Origin: Patescibacteria group bacterium
GTDB taxonomy: Bacteria; Patescibacteriota; Minisyncoccia; Phycocordibacterales; PALSA-1337
Direction of reading: 5' to 3'
DNA length: 64,000 bases
Assembly: GCA_038064415.1 (NCBI GenBank)
Contig: JBBTTD010000003.1
Coordinates: forward strand, 2,597-66,596
The position numbers and the translations under genes are program-made. Numbering within the stretch: position 1 is the first letter of the stretch; each line of letters starts with the position of its first letter. This document shows positions 31,034 through 41,918 of this stretch, piece after piece. The notes beneath the pieces are model-generated. The model was not told the DNA's origin. It ran no database searches and worked only from the letters and a program-made list of their open reading frames with translations.

Positions 31034-31804
31034 ATGTCCGATTATTACAATCCACACAGGACGAAAAATCTTTTTGATCCCAAGAGCGATGAACCATTTA
31101 GAGTTAGTCGTTCCAAGATTGATTTATTTTTGAATTGTTCACTTTGTTTTTATCTTGATTGCCGACTTGGCGTGGCGCGTCCGCCAGGATTTCCTTTTGC
31201 CCTGAACTCTGCCGTTGACACACTATTGAAAAAAGAATTTGATTTGCATCGCGCAAAGAAGCGCGCGCATCCATTGATGCACGCTTATGGGTTGAAAGAT
31301 GTCATTCCATATTCGCATGAAGATCTGGATATTTGGAGGAGCAATTTCAAAGGTATACGTTTTACTCATGAAGAGAGTAATCTTTTGGTGACTGGCGCGA
31401 TTGATGATATTTGGATAAATAGTAACGGGGAAGTCATTATTGTTGATTACAAGTCAACCAGTAAAGAAGAAAAAGTTAGTTTAGACAAAGAATGGCAGAT
31501 CGGTTACAAACGCCAGATGGAAATCTATCAGTGGCTCTTCAGGATGAATGGATTCAAAGTTTCGTCTACTGGTTATTTTGTTTATTGTAACGGAAAGACT
31601 GATAGAACAGCTTTTGACGCCAAGCTAGAATTTGATATAGATCTCATACCATATATAGGTGATGATTCATGGGTAGAAAAGACTCTAAAAGACATCAGAA
31701 AATGCCTAATGCAAGAAAAACCACCCACACCAGCAGATAAATGTGATTATTGCGCCTATAGGAAAGCGTCTAGGGATGTACAGACTATTTCCAAGCGCCG
31801 ATAA
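31034..31804 (+). CDS. PD-(D/E)XK nuclease (RecB/Cas4-like, four Cys)
   Basis: SRSKIDLF.NC.LCFY, GAIDD, IVDYKS, QMEIY, CDYC. Confidence 0.88.
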   Translation: MSDYYNPHRTKNLFDPKSDEPFRVSRSKIDLFLNCSLCFYLDCRLGVARPPGFPFALNSAVDTLLKKEFDLHRAKKRAHPLMHAYGLKDVIPYSHEDLDIWRSNFKGIRFTHEESNLLVTGAIDDIWINSNGEVIIVDYKSTSKEEKVSLDKEWQIGYKRQMEIYQWLFRMNGFKVSSTGYFVYCNGKTDRTAFDAKLEFDIDLIPYIGDDSWVEKTLKDIRKCLMQEKPPTPADKCDYCAYRKASRDVQTISKRR

Positions 31805-32198
31805 TCGCTCCACCGATTACAAATCCAAACAAAACATTTATTGTGTCAATTGTTACAAGTTTGAGAGGCGATCTTCTCCAAATAAAATCTGATACAGCCA
31901 TTGTCGCGATAAATCCTACCCAGACCAAGAAGCCGATAGTCGCGCCATCGGTTGCGGTTTGTGAATTTGTGACTACAATGACAAAAGCCAAAACACAAAA
32001 AGAAACTAGGGTGGCAATGAAATGAGTAATGTATAATTTCCACATTCCTCTAGCTTTCATTTCCACCAAATCTTTTTCACTCATTTTGGTTAGCGCCATC
32101 CATTCTTTTCCGAAAAGAATTGGCGAGTACCAAAGTGCCATAATCGCGAACGACGCGACTGATGCGACTAAAACTGGCCAGAAATTAATGTTATACAT
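31785..32198 (-). CDS. DUF1761 family membrane protein
   Basis: INFWPVLVA...ALWYSPILFGKEWM. Confidence 0.85.
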   Translation of the reverse strand: MYNINFWPVLVASVASFAIMALWYSPILFGKEWMALTKMSEKDLVEMKARGMWKLYITHFIATLVSFCVLAFVIVVTNSQTATDGATIGFLVWVGFIATMAVSDFIWRRSPLKLVTIDTINVLFGFVIGGAIIGAWK

Positions 32199-32285
32199 GG
32201 TAAGTATTCTGATTAGGTTGATATGCTAAAATGGTATCATGCGACGGAACAGTTTTCCATCACTAATTTCTGATCTTAATTATTC

Positions 32286-32990
32286 ATGAAATTTATTTTC
32301 ACGACAGTCGTAATTTTTATCAGCATTGGCGTGCTGGTTTATTTCGCGAAATATAGCGTCTCAATGAAAGCTATTCCATCACTTGATGAATTTATTGCCA
32401 GCAATACGGCGCAGTTGGATTCTATTCAAAAAGATTCAGTGACGGACGAGAACAGCAATCCGAATCAGACAGGTTCTGTTTGGTATGCTTCTTCCACAAT
32501 TGTAAAAATGATTTTATCCGACGATAATGGATCGACAACTTCTGGAACTTCTTCTATCACAACTTCCAATACAAAAGATATCATTAAAAAATCAATTATT
32601 AGTGTCCCGTCGTCAACTAATTCAACATCGTCAACAATTTTATTACCTGTGTATACGCCAAAGGGCAAGATTTTAGTCTATACCGCCAAGAATCCGACGA
32701 CTCGACGGCTTGGACTTAGTGGTTATAAATCTTTAGCTGTTGATAAAGGCATGTTATTTATTTTTCCAGAGGCCGGTAAGTATGATTTTTGGATGAAAGA
32801 TATGAATTTTCCTCTTGATATTGTTTGGATCAATAGTAATAAAGTAATTATTGGAGTGGGAAAAAATATTTCTCCAAAAACTTATCCGAAATCTATTACT
32901 TCGCCGAAAAACATTCAATTTGTACTTGAATTGAACGCTGGAACTGCTGAAATATTTGGTCTGGCGACGGGGACGCGAGTTTCTTTTTAA
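32286..32990 (+). CDS. DUF192 domain protein
   Basis: GLSG..SL..DKGMLFIF...FWMKDMNFPLDIVWI...VLELNAG. Confidence 0.9.
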   Translation: MKFIFTTVVIFISIGVLVYFAKYSVSMKAIPSLDEFIASNTAQLDSIQKDSVTDENSNPNQTGSVWYASSTIVKMILSDDNGSTTSGTSSITTSNTKDIIKKSIISVPSSTNSTSSTILLPVYTPKGKILVYTAKNPTTRRLGLSGYKSLAVDKGMLFIFPEAGKYDFWMKDMNFPLDIVWINSNKVIIGVGKNISPKTYPKSITSPKNIQFVLELNAGTAEIFGLATGTRVSF

Positions 32991-32995
32991 AAAAC

Positions 32996-33004
32996 TGTGG
33001 ATAA
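32996..33004 (-). promoter_or_regulatory. Consensus DnaA box upstream of nrdJ
   Basis: TGTGGATAA (reverse complement TTATCCACA). Confidence 0.5.
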
Positions 33005-33324
33005 CTAACTCTTTCGGACGATTTTGTCACGAAACTTAAAAATGATTTTTGCGTATGATTAAGAAAGTGATTTAAAAGTGTTCTAAAATCGTTGCAAACG
33101 CTTTTCATTTTGACAGCACCTCTTCACAAAATGAGAATTTCCATCTCAAGTGATGGATTTCTCTAAAATGGTCTTGTAAACTCTTCCTTTCATTATTGTA
33201 TAGGAGTACAATGTAGCTAAACAATAACTTTTTCAACTTTGGGTATTTATTCAATCTGAAAAACCAGTACATCGGATCATTATTAAAAAATTTTTCATCA
33301 AACAACTCCTGTTTATAAACTTGT

Positions 33325-35646
33325 ATGCCAAAAAATAAAAAGACCGCGTCCATAAAAGGAGTGAGTGTTTCCATTCCCACAATCATTAAGAGAGACGGTC
33401 GGATTGTTCCATTTGATTTGCAGAAAATCACCAATGCTATTTGGAAGGGCATGAATACCGTCAAAGAGGGTTCAATGGATGATGCGACGATAGTCGCGCA
33501 ACAAGTTTTTAACGAATTAATCAGGATAAAAAAGAAATTTGCCAACTTCGTGCCAACGGTTGAAGGTGTACAAGATATAGTTGAGGCGGAACTGATGCGA
33601 TCTGATTATGTCAAAACTGCCAAACACTATGTGATCTATCGTGAAGAGCGCGCCAAACTTCGCGCGGTCGGATTTGAAGTCCCAGAACATGTCCGCAAGT
33701 TGGCCACTGATTCAAAAAACTATTTCAAAAACGCTTTGGGTGAGTTTGTTTACTATCGTTCATACTCTCGATGGATTGATCAGGAAAATCGTCGTGAGAC
33801 TTTTATTGAGACGGTTGATCGATACATGTCGTTCATGAAAGAAAATCTCGGATCAAAACTCAAAGAATCTGAATACAAAGAAATTCGCGAAGCAATTCTA
33901 AATCAGCAGGCCATGCCGTCAATGCGTTTATTCCAATTTTCCGGCAAGGCCGCTCGCGTCACAAATGTTTGCGCGTACAATTGTTCATTCATCGCGCCAG
34001 AATCGTTTCAAGATCTCGCGGAGATAATGTATATCTCAATGTGTGGCACCGGAGCCGGCTGGGCCGTGGAGAGCGTCAATGTTGAAAAATTTCCGCAGAT
34101 TATGATGCAGAATGGAGATAAAATAAAAAAACATCTTATCCCTGATCATAAAGAAGGTTGGGCTGATTCTTTAACTATTGGCATGAAAGCTTGGGCGTTG
34201 GGAAAAGATATTGAATTTGATTATTCAGCGATTCGTCCAGAAGGAACGCGACTGAAAACTATGGGTGGCAAAGCTTCCGGTCCGGCACCACTTCAAAGAC
34301 TTTTGAGTTTTACTCGTCAAATTATGTTGTCACGACAAGGCAAGCGTCTGCGAGCGATTGATCTTCACGATATTATTTGCATGATTGGTGATTGTGTTGT
34401 TGCTGGAGGTGTTAGGAGGAGCGCTATGATCTCTTTGTCAGATTTGGGCGATGATCAGATCCGTGATGCCAAGAAAGGGGCCTTCTATATCACTCATCCA
34501 CACCGGATGTTAGCCAACAATTCAGCTGTTTATATAAATAAGCCCACAAATGAGGAGTTTTTGAAGGAATGGATGGCTCTGATAGAGAGTCGCGCGGGTG
34601 AGCGTGGCATATTCAACCGTGGTTCATTAGCCAAGACGCTTCCAGAGCGTCGCATAAAGGCACTGCGAGAGTACAAGGGTTATTTTGATCCAAATGGACA
34701 GCATATTATTGGTCCGATCGGTACCAATCCTTGCGGTGAAATTATTCTACAGTCAAAACAATTCTGTAACCTTTCAGAAATCGTGGCTCGCGCTGAAGAT
34801 ACCGAAAAAACTCTTTTGAAGAAAATGCGCATCGCTACTATTCTCGGAACTTATCAATCCACCCTGACCAATTTTCCATATTTGTCTAAAGAATGGAAAG
34901 AACATTGCGACCACGAGCGTCTACTTGGAGTTTCCATTACCGGCCAATGGGATAGTCCGGTTGTTCGGGACGCCACTGTTATGCGCAAACTTAAAGCAGA
35001 GGCGATCAAAGTTAACAAAGAGTACGCGAAAAGATTTGGTGTTAATGAGTCTACGGCTATTACTTGTGTCAAACCTTCCGGTACACTTTCGCAAACTGTG
35101 GATTGTGCTTCGGGTATGCATCCTCGCCATTCAAAGTTTTATATTCGTCGTATTCGCATCGCCGCCACGGATTCACTTTTCAAAATGCTCAAAGATCAGG
35201 GCGTGCCATATTTTCCAGAAGTCGGTCAGACCACGGAAAATGCCACAACTTTTGTTTTGGAGTTTCCCGTCAAAGCTCCAAGTGGTTCAATTTTCAGAGA
35301 TGATTTGTCAGCGCTTGAACAGCTTGAGTACTGGAAGGTGGTCAAAGAAAATTACACCGAACACAACCCTTCAATAACTATTTCTATTGGTAACAATGAA
35401 TGGGTTGCTGTCGCCAATTGGGTTTATGAAAACTGGGATATTATCGGCGGACTTTCATTCTTGCCACGTGAAGATTCGGTTTACAAACTAGCTCCATACG
35501 AAGCGATTGATGAGAAGACCTATAAACATTTAGTGAAGAGGTTAGAGCATATTGATTATTCCAAGATCATTACTTATGAAAAGCAAAATGAAACTGACCT
35601 CAAAAAAGAATTGGCGTGTGTCAGTGGGGTATGTGAAATAGTGTAG
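33325..35646 (+). CDS. nrdJ: Class II (AdoCbl-dependent) ribonucleotide reductase with N-terminal ATP cone
   Basis: IIKRDGR ATP cone, YNCSF, TNPCGEI, CVKPSGT, C-terminal CVSGVCE; no adjacent beta subunit. Confidence 0.92.
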   Translation: MPKNKKTASIKGVSVSIPTIIKRDGRIVPFDLQKITNAIWKGMNTVKEGSMDDATIVAQQVFNELIRIKKKFANFVPTVEGVQDIVEAELMRSDYVKTAKHYVIYREERAKLRAVGFEVPEHVRKLATDSKNYFKNALGEFVYYRSYSRWIDQENRRETFIETVDRYMSFMKENLGSKLKESEYKEIREAILNQQAMPSMRLFQFSGKAARVTNVCAYNCSFIAPESFQDLAEIMYISMCGTGAGWAVESVNVEKFPQIMMQNGDKIKKHLIPDHKEGWADSLTIGMKAWALGKDIEFDYSAIRPEGTRLKTMGGKASGPAPLQRLLSFTRQIMLSRQGKRLRAIDLHDIICMIGDCVVAGGVRRSAMISLSDLGDDQIRDAKKGAFYITHPHRMLANNSAVYINKPTNEEFLKEWMALIESRAGERGIFNRGSLAKTLPERRIKALREYKGYFDPNGQHIIGPIGTNPCGEIILQSKQFCNLSEIVARAEDTEKTLLKKMRIATILGTYQSTLTNFPYLSKEWKEHCDHERLLGVSITGQWDSPVVRDATVMRKLKAEAIKVNKEYAKRFGVNESTAITCVKPSGTLSQTVDCASGMHPRHSKFYIRRIRIAATDSLFKMLKDQGVPYFPEVGQTTENATTFVLEFPVKAPSGSIFRDDLSALEQLEYWKVVKENYTEHNPSITISIGNNEWVAVANWVYENWDIIGGLSFLPREDSVYKLAPYEAIDEKTYKHLVKRLEHIDYSKIITYEKQNETDLKKELACVSGVCEIV

Positions 35647-35693
35647 GATTGCCAGTCTTTTATTTAGCACGGATTCAGGTATAATTACTTATT

Positions 35694-36476
35694 ATGAATC
35701 CATGGATACAATTAAGCATTGATTACGCAAATCAAAAGAATTATCTCGATGATCTTTTTCAAGTGTACCCAACTATTCCTGATGGGATTAGAGATATTGA
35801 TACAACATTATGGAAAAAAACTGAAAAAGCGTTCAAGGATCGTAAAAATGACGAACTTGTAGAGAGTCTATTGCAACTTGATCTTTTTCCGATAAAAGAT
35901 TCATACGTTGCTTATCTTAAGAGAGATAAGAAAGCAATGCAAAGAAATCCAGCAACAATTTCTCGCTTAGCAGGTCGTTTATATGGAATGGGATTGACTA
36001 GACTTTTTGAGCGTTGCTCCGAACCAAAAGAGACGAATCGTCAGATTGGCCCATTATTCCGTCGCTGGTTAAATAGAAAATCATTAGGCGTTGAGTCTTT
36101 AAAAGTAGAGCAATTTTTAGCCACGAAAGACAATGCAATTCTTGATGCTGGTGATATTGAAATGATGGGTTTTGCAAGAGAATATCTTAATTACAAACAT
36201 GGTAAAGGGCTAGATCTAGTTGCTAGATTTAATAATAAGTATGTTATTGCAGAAGCAAAATTTCTTACTGATTTTGGTGGACATCAAAATGCTCAGTTTA
36301 ATGACGCTATATCTACAATAAAAGCAAAGAATGTAAACGCTATTAAAGTCGCTATCTTAGATGGTGTTCTTTATATAAAAGGTAATAACAAAATGTATCG
36401 AGATATTACTACAACCCTGAAAAAAGAAAATATTATGAGTAGCCTTGTTCTTCGTGAATTTCTTTATCAAATATAA
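35694..36476 (+). CDS. Type II restriction endonuclease, Tsp45I-like
   Basis: ANQKNYLDDLFQVYP, PKETNRQIGPLF, D..A..N..YVIAEAKFLTDFGGHQNAQF; paired with a methylase. Confidence 0.75.
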   Translation: MNPWIQLSIDYANQKNYLDDLFQVYPTIPDGIRDIDTTLWKKTEKAFKDRKNDELVESLLQLDLFPIKDSYVAYLKRDKKAMQRNPATISRLAGRLYGMGLTRLFERCSEPKETNRQIGPLFRRWLNRKSLGVESLKVEQFLATKDNAILDAGDIEMMGFAREYLNYKHGKGLDLVARFNNKYVIAEAKFLTDFGGHQNAQFNDAISTIKAKNVNAIKVAILDGVLYIKGNNKMYRDITTTLKKENIMSSLVLREFLYQI

Positions 36477-36481
36477 TTTAT

Positions 36482-37651
36482 ATGATACTGACATATCACA
36501 ACAAAAAAACAGAGCATGAGATTCTCAATACTGCTAAAGCGGAACTTTTTTCTGTTTCAGGAATAAATTCAAAGAATAAAATTATTCAGGGTAATAATTT
36601 AGCCGTATTGAAATCCCTACTCGATGATTATAATCTGAAAGGGAAAGTTGATTTGATATACATTGATCCTCCGTTTTCGACAAACACACACTTCCGGATG
36701 GGTGAAGAAAGGGCCAATACGATTAGTAGCAGTAATCAAGATCAAGTTGCATATAGTGATATTTTAACTGGTGCTAATTTTCTGGAGTTTTTACGAGAAA
36801 GACTGATTTTATTACGCGAATTGATGTCTTCTCAGGCATCGATATACCTCCACATAGATTATAAAATTGGACATTATGTAAAACTCATAATGGATGAAGT
36901 CTTTGGAATTGAAAATTTTCGTAATGATATAACTAGAATCAAATGTAATCCAAAAAATTTCCATCGAAAGGCTTATGGCAATATAAAAGACATGATCCTT
37001 TTTTACTCACGGTCGGAAAATCATATTTGGAATGATCCAATATTGTCATTCTCAGATGAAGATATTGAACGTTTGTTTAAGAAAATTGATAAGAGCGGAC
37101 GTAAGTATACGACTATTCCATTACATGCTCCTGGTGAAACAGTGAATGGAAAAACTGGCAAAGAGTGGAATGGGATTAAACCACCCAAAGGACGTCACTG
37201 GAGGAGTGATCCAAAAATTCTTGAGGAATGGGATAAACAAGGACTGATTGAATGGTCGGTAAACAATGTTCCAAGAAAGAAAATTTTTATAGATGAGAGA
37301 GATGGGAAAAAGATGCAAGATATTTGGGAATTTAAAGATCCACAATATCCAATGTATCCAACTGAAAAAAACATTGATTTGTTAAAGTTTATTATAAGAG
37401 CATCTTCTAATGAACAAAGTTTAGTACTAGATTGTTTTTGTGGGTCAGGTACGACCATTGTTGCGGCACAAGAATTAAATAGAAATTGGATAGGTATTGA
37501 TCAGTCCGATCATGCTATTAAAGTTGTTAAAAAAAAGTTGAACAACATACCTAAAAGTTTGTTTTCAAAGCCTGAATATGAAGTACTTTTAGAGAAATCA
37601 AAAAATCTAATGATTAAAACCATTAAACCAAAAACTCTAATTGTTCATTGA
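36482..37651 (+). CDS. Adenine-specific DNA methyltransferase, beta class
   Basis: IYIDPPF precedes YPTEKN and DCFCGSGTT. Confidence 0.93.
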   Translation: MILTYHNKKTEHEILNTAKAELFSVSGINSKNKIIQGNNLAVLKSLLDDYNLKGKVDLIYIDPPFSTNTHFRMGEERANTISSSNQDQVAYSDILTGANFLEFLRERLILLRELMSSQASIYLHIDYKIGHYVKLIMDEVFGIENFRNDITRIKCNPKNFHRKAYGNIKDMILFYSRSENHIWNDPILSFSDEDIERLFKKIDKSGRKYTTIPLHAPGETVNGKTGKEWNGIKPPKGRHWRSDPKILEEWDKQGLIEWSVNNVPRKKIFIDERDGKKMQDIWEFKDPQYPMYPTEKNIDLLKFIIRASSNEQSLVLDCFCGSGTTIVAAQELNRNWIGIDQSDHAIKVVKKKLNNIPKSLFSKPEYEVLLEKSKNLMIKTIKPKTLIVH

Positions 37652-37722
37652 TCATCATAATTAATAACAAACACGCTTCGTTTTACTTGTCAAAAATACC
37701 TAGGTATTGTATATTACCTCTA

Positions 37723-38055
37723 GTTGTACCAGACAACCGCGTTTGGGTCGCAAGATCCAGATGAGGAAAGTCCGAACACCGCCTCGAGCTTTTGGCTTGA
37801 GGAGAAGGGTAGCAGGTAACGCCTGTCAGGGTAATACCCAGAGGTGCGAACAGAGACGCATTGATTGGAAACGATCAATGAATCCTTCGGGATTAGTCCG
37901 TGTGGAAACACGCGGGTTGCAACGGCAAAATCCTTACCTCGGTGCAAGACCGTGCCTCGCAAGAGGAGAGTCGCTTGAGGTATGTGGCGACACATATCCC
38001 AGATAAATGGTTGTCATCCACTTCAGTGGAAACAGAATTCGGCTTACGGTACGAC
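37723..38055 (+). ncRNA. rnpB: RNase P RNA
   Basis: GAGGAAAGTCCGAACACC at the 5' side, AACAGAATTCGGCTTA at the 3' side, P1 GTTGTACC/GGTACGAC. Confidence 0.95.
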
Positions 38056-38061
38056 GAACAT

Positions 38062-38092
38062 GAAAACACTCCCTTAAAATGGGAGTGTTTTC
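38062..38092 (+). terminator. rnpB terminator
   Basis: GAAAACACTCCC/GGGAGTGTTTTC stem followed by T-rich sequence. Confidence 0.75.
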
Positions 38093-38111
38093 TTATAAGT
38101 TATTTATTTTT

Positions 38112-38294
38112 CCAACAAAAGAGAACATTACCTTTTCAAGCCTGCGGAACTCACTCTTGAAATTACTAAGTAAAAGGCTCGGGAATCACTCAAAGCAAAG
38201 CTTTGGTGATTCCAACGCCATTCGCCTTTTACTAAGAAATTTCTAGTCGCTCAAACAGTCCTCGGCTTGAAAAAGTAATGTTCTCTTTTGTCGG
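38112..38294. repeat. Structured dispersed repeat, copy 2
   Basis: 31-bp outer IR with 2 mismatches around the same core as copy 1. Confidence 0.9.
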
Positions 38295-38338
38295 GGCAAT
38301 CATATGTTATACTAACAATCACTTATTCTTCAAGAGAA

Positions 38339-40018
38339 ATGGTTAAAAGATTTTTTTCGGTCATAGGCAAAGAAATCAAAGGTCTTCATGAGGCGGCTTA
38401 TCTTCTCGCAGGTTTTGCCTTGATGTCGCAATTACTTGCTTTGGTGCGTGACAAGCTTTTGGCCTACACCTTTGGCGCCGGACATTCGCTAGATGTTTAT
38501 TATGCCGCGTTCCGAATTCCAGATCTTATTTTTGTCTCAATCGGGTCACTTGTTTCAGCCTCTATTTTATTGCCATTTTTTGTGGAGCGTTTTCAAAAAG
38601 GAAAAGAAGACGGCAAAAATTTCTCTAACTCCATTTTTACGGTGTTTTTCGCATTGATGGTGATTACTAGCGCGGTGATGTATTTTTTGGTGCCAAAGTT
38701 GATTCCTTTTCTTTTACCGGGATTCGCAAACGATCCCGCATTGCCTGATTTGATTCTTTCTTCTAGGATAATGCTCTTTTCGCCATTTTTACTTGGACTT
38801 TCAAATCTTTTTTCTAGCGTTACTCAAATGCATCGTCGTTTTCTCGTCTATGCCGCCAGTCCACTTTTTTACAATTTAAGCATAATCGTCGGCGTTGTGG
38901 CTTTGTATCCAATGTTTGGGATTTCAGGATTGGCGATTGGCGTGGCAATCGGAGCATTTCTGCACATGGCTATTCAGATTCCATTTATGTTGCAGACTCG
39001 TTTATTACCTAGGTTTGTTTGGAAAGTAGATTGGTTTGGTATCAAAAAGGCAATCTTCCTATCTTTGCCGAGAACCGTGACAATGTCAGCTAACCAATTG
39101 GCAACTTTTTTCTTGACGGCTTTAGCATCACTTATGAGTAAAGGATCTATCGCGGTTTTTAACTTATCATTCAATCTTCAATCTGTCCCACTTACAATTA
39201 TTGGGGCCAGCTATTCATCAGCGGTATTTCCAGATCTCTCGCGCCTGTATGTGACGGGCAATCGCCAAGAATTTTTAGAGAAAATGATTGCCGCCGCGAG
39301 GCATATTATTTTTTGGTCAACTCCAATAATGGTTCTTTTCATTGTTCTGCGCGCGCAAATTGTTCGTACAGTACTTGGCGCTGGAGCTTTTGATTGGGCA
39401 GATACTCGTCTGACGGCGGCTTCGCTGGCGATCTTTATGATTTCGGTTATTGGCCAAAGTTTGATTGTGTTGTTTGTTCGGGCATTTTACGCTGAAGGTA
39501 AGACCGCCAAACCGCTTTTGATCAATATAATTTCCGCTCTGGTCATTATCGCTTTTGGATATATTTTGACTAAAGCTTTCTTTGCTTATCCAATTTTTAG
39601 ATTTTTTCTGGAAGATTTATTGAAAGTTAGCGGTCAGATTGGGACCAGTGCTCTAGTCTTACCTTTAGCGTATTCAATCGGAGTTATTCTCAACACATTT
39701 TTGCATTGGTGGATGTTTGAGAAGAAGTTTTCCGGTTTTTCCCGTCCGGTCTTCTCAACTTTATTCCATACATTTTCCGCTTCGGTAATAATGGGCTACA
39801 CCGCGTTCTTGAGTCTGCGTCTTTTTGCATCAATTTTTCCTTTGACCAAAGTCTGGGGAGTTTTCCTACAAGGTTTTTGTTCCGGAATTCTCGGTTTGAT
39901 TGTCGGAATTCTCGTCCTACTTATCTTGAAGAATCCTGAATTACAAGAAGTTTGGAATACTTTCCATCACAAGATCTGGAAAGCCAAAGTCCCTCCGGCG
40001 GAAGTGGAGCATCTATAA
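38339..40018 (+). CDS. murJ: Lipid II flippase MurJ/MviN
   Basis: L.LVRD..LA..FGAG..LDVYYAAFRIPD, multiple TM helices, RAFYA.G.T..P. Confidence 0.9.
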   Translation: MVKRFFSVIGKEIKGLHEAAYLLAGFALMSQLLALVRDKLLAYTFGAGHSLDVYYAAFRIPDLIFVSIGSLVSASILLPFFVERFQKGKEDGKNFSNSIFTVFFALMVITSAVMYFLVPKLIPFLLPGFANDPALPDLILSSRIMLFSPFLLGLSNLFSSVTQMHRRFLVYAASPLFYNLSIIVGVVALYPMFGISGLAIGVAIGAFLHMAIQIPFMLQTRLLPRFVWKVDWFGIKKAIFLSLPRTVTMSANQLATFFLTALASLMSKGSIAVFNLSFNLQSVPLTIIGASYSSAVFPDLSRLYVTGNRQEFLEKMIAAARHIIFWSTPIMVLFIVLRAQIVRTVLGAGAFDWADTRLTAASLAIFMISVIGQSLIVLFVRAFYAEGKTAKPLLINIISALVIIAFGYILTKAFFAYPIFRFFLEDLLKVSGQIGTSALVLPLAYSIGVILNTFLHWWMFEKKFSGFSRPVFSTLFHTFSASVIMGYTAFLSLRLFASIFPLTKVWGVFLQGFCSGILGLIVGILVLLILKNPELQEVWNTFHHKIWKAKVPPAEVEHL

Positions 40019-40041
40019 GTGGTGTGCTATATTGGTTCTAC

Positions 40042-41838
40042 ATGAACCCCGCCCATATCCGTAATTTTTCCATCATCGCTCACATTGACCACGGCAAGTC
40101 CACACTTGCCGATCGTTTGCTTGAGATGACTGGGACTATAGAAAAGCGTAAAATGCAAGAACAAGTCCTGGATTCCATGGAATTGGAGCGTGAGAGGGGA
40201 ATTACAATCAAAATGCAACCAGTTAGAATGAAGTGGCGTGACGATAATTCGGAATATATTCTCAACCTCATTGATACCCCCGGCCATATAGATTTCTCCT
40301 ATGAAGTTTCCAGATCGCTTAAAGCCGTTGAGGGCTCTATTCTTCTTGTTGACGCCACCCAGGGCGTTCAAGCACAAACACTGACGACGCTTAACATGGC
40401 CAAGGAAGTAGGTCTGACGATTATTCCAGTGGTTAGTAAAATTGATTCGCCACTGGCTCGTACCGAAGAAGTGGTAAATGAAGTCGCGCAATTACTCAAT
40501 TGCCATAAAGATCAAGTCCTCAAAGTTTCTGGAAAAACCGGAGAGGGAGTAGAACATCTACTGAATGAAATAATTAGACGAGTCCCAGCGCCCAAAGCTC
40601 CCGATTTGACGAATGAGTTTCGTTCACTGGTTTTTGATTTTCAATACTCCAATCATACTGGTGTTATCGTCTACGCTCGAGTCATGAACGGCACTGTTCA
40701 TCGCCGAGAAAAATTGAAGTTTAAAATTGCCGATAAAGTTTTTGAATCAATTGAAATTGGAATTTTCGCGCCCGATGATACTCCGACCGAATCATTGAGC
40801 GCCGGAGAGATTGGCTATATCGTGACGGGAATAAAAGAACCGGGAATCGCTTCGGTTGGTGATACGATCGCTTCCATAAAAGATACTTTGCCACCGCTAG
40901 ATGGATACAAAAGTCCTCGTCCGGTTGTCTGGGCTTCGCTATATCCCGAAAGCCAAGACGATTTAGCTCTACTTCGTCAAGCACTTGGTCGTCTCCGACT
41001 TTCTGATTCATCTTTCACATATGAAGAAGAAGTATCTGGCACTCTCGGTAAGGGATACCGTTGCGGTTTTCTTGGCATGCTTCATATGGAAATTGTCACG
41101 GAAAGATTGCGGCGTGAGTTTAATCTAGAACTAGTCGTGACCCATCCAAGTATTACTTATACGGTTGAATTAAAAAATGGTAAAAAAGTCATTGTCTATT
41201 CCCCGTCACTTTTTCCTGATGAAAATGAAGTAAAATCTATTACTGAACCGATTGTGACGATGAAAATTATCACGCCTCCAGCGTACTTGAGTGGACTGAT
41301 GAAGTCTCTCTATGAGCATGAGGCTGAAATTATCGGTACCGAAAATTTCGGCGACAATCGTACTTTATTGACTCTACTTATGCCGCTTCGTGAATTGATG
41401 CGCAATTTTTTTGATGAAGTAAAGAGCATCTCTTCAGGGTATGCTTCAATTTCTTATGACATTACCGAGAATCGTCTGGCCGATGTCGTGCGCATGGATG
41501 TTTTGGTCGCTGACGAAATAGTTCCAGCTTTTACGCGAGTGACTTCTAGGCGCAGGGTTGAACAAGAGGCGGAGTCAGTAGTTGATCGTTTGCATACTAT
41601 TATGCCTCGTGAGCTTTTTACTTATAAGATTCAATCCAAGGCGCTAGGCAGAATAATTTCTTCCCGTAGTATTTCAGGCAAGAAAAAAGACGCGGCGGGA
41701 ACACTTTCGGGAGGAGACATCACCCGTAAGATGAAACTGCGCGAAAAACAAAAAGAAGGCAGGAAGCGCCTAAAAGAACATGGTTCAGTAACCATCCCTC
41801 AAGAGGTTTTTGTGAAAATGATGAGGGTGGGTGAGTGA
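40042..41838 (+). CDS. lepA: Elongation factor 4 (LepA)
   Basis: [52 protein letters not shown]. Confidence 0.97.
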   Translation: MNPAHIRNFSIIAHIDHGKSTLADRLLEMTGTIEKRKMQEQVLDSMELERERGITIKMQPVRMKWRDDNSEYILNLIDTPGHIDFSYEVSRSLKAVEGSILLVDATQGVQAQTLTTLNMAKEVGLTIIPVVSKIDSPLARTEEVVNEVAQLLNCHKDQVLKVSGKTGEGVEHLLNEIIRRVPAPKAPDLTNEFRSLVFDFQYSNHTGVIVYARVMNGTVHRREKLKFKIADKVFESIEIGIFAPDDTPTESLSAGEIGYIVTGIKEPGIASVGDTIASIKDTLPPLDGYKSPRPVVWASLYPESQDDLALLRQALGRLRLSDSSFTYEEEVSGTLGKGYRCGFLGMLHMEIVTERLRREFNLELVVTHPSITYTVELKNGKKVIVYSPSLFPDENEVKSITEPIVTMKIITPPAYLSGLMKSLYEHEAEIIGTENFGDNRTLLTLLMPLRELMRNFFDEVKSISSGYASISYDITENRLADVVRMDVLVADEIVPAFTRVTSRRRVEQEAESVVDRLHTIMPRELFTYKIQSKALGRIISSRSISGKKKDAAGTLSGGDITRKMKLREKQKEGRKRLKEHGSVTIPQEVFVKMMRVGE

Positions 41839-41918
41839 CGCAAAGTCTATTGAATTATCAATAGCCGTTTCTATCACTCCAGAAGTGACATTTTATAGCC
41901 ATGTTATGATATCCCAGT

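Noticed and set aside
31034-31804. Cas4 as evidence of a CRISPR-Cas locus
   Set aside because: It is a stand-alone PD-(D/E)XK nuclease; no cas genes or array are in the window
33005-33324. Cobalamin riboswitch or NrdR box upstream of nrdJ
   Set aside because: No recognisable B12-box or NrdR palindrome by eye
37707-38160. ORFs 37707..38006, 37720..37995 and 37900..38160
   Set aside because: They overlap the RNase P RNA gene and are spurious
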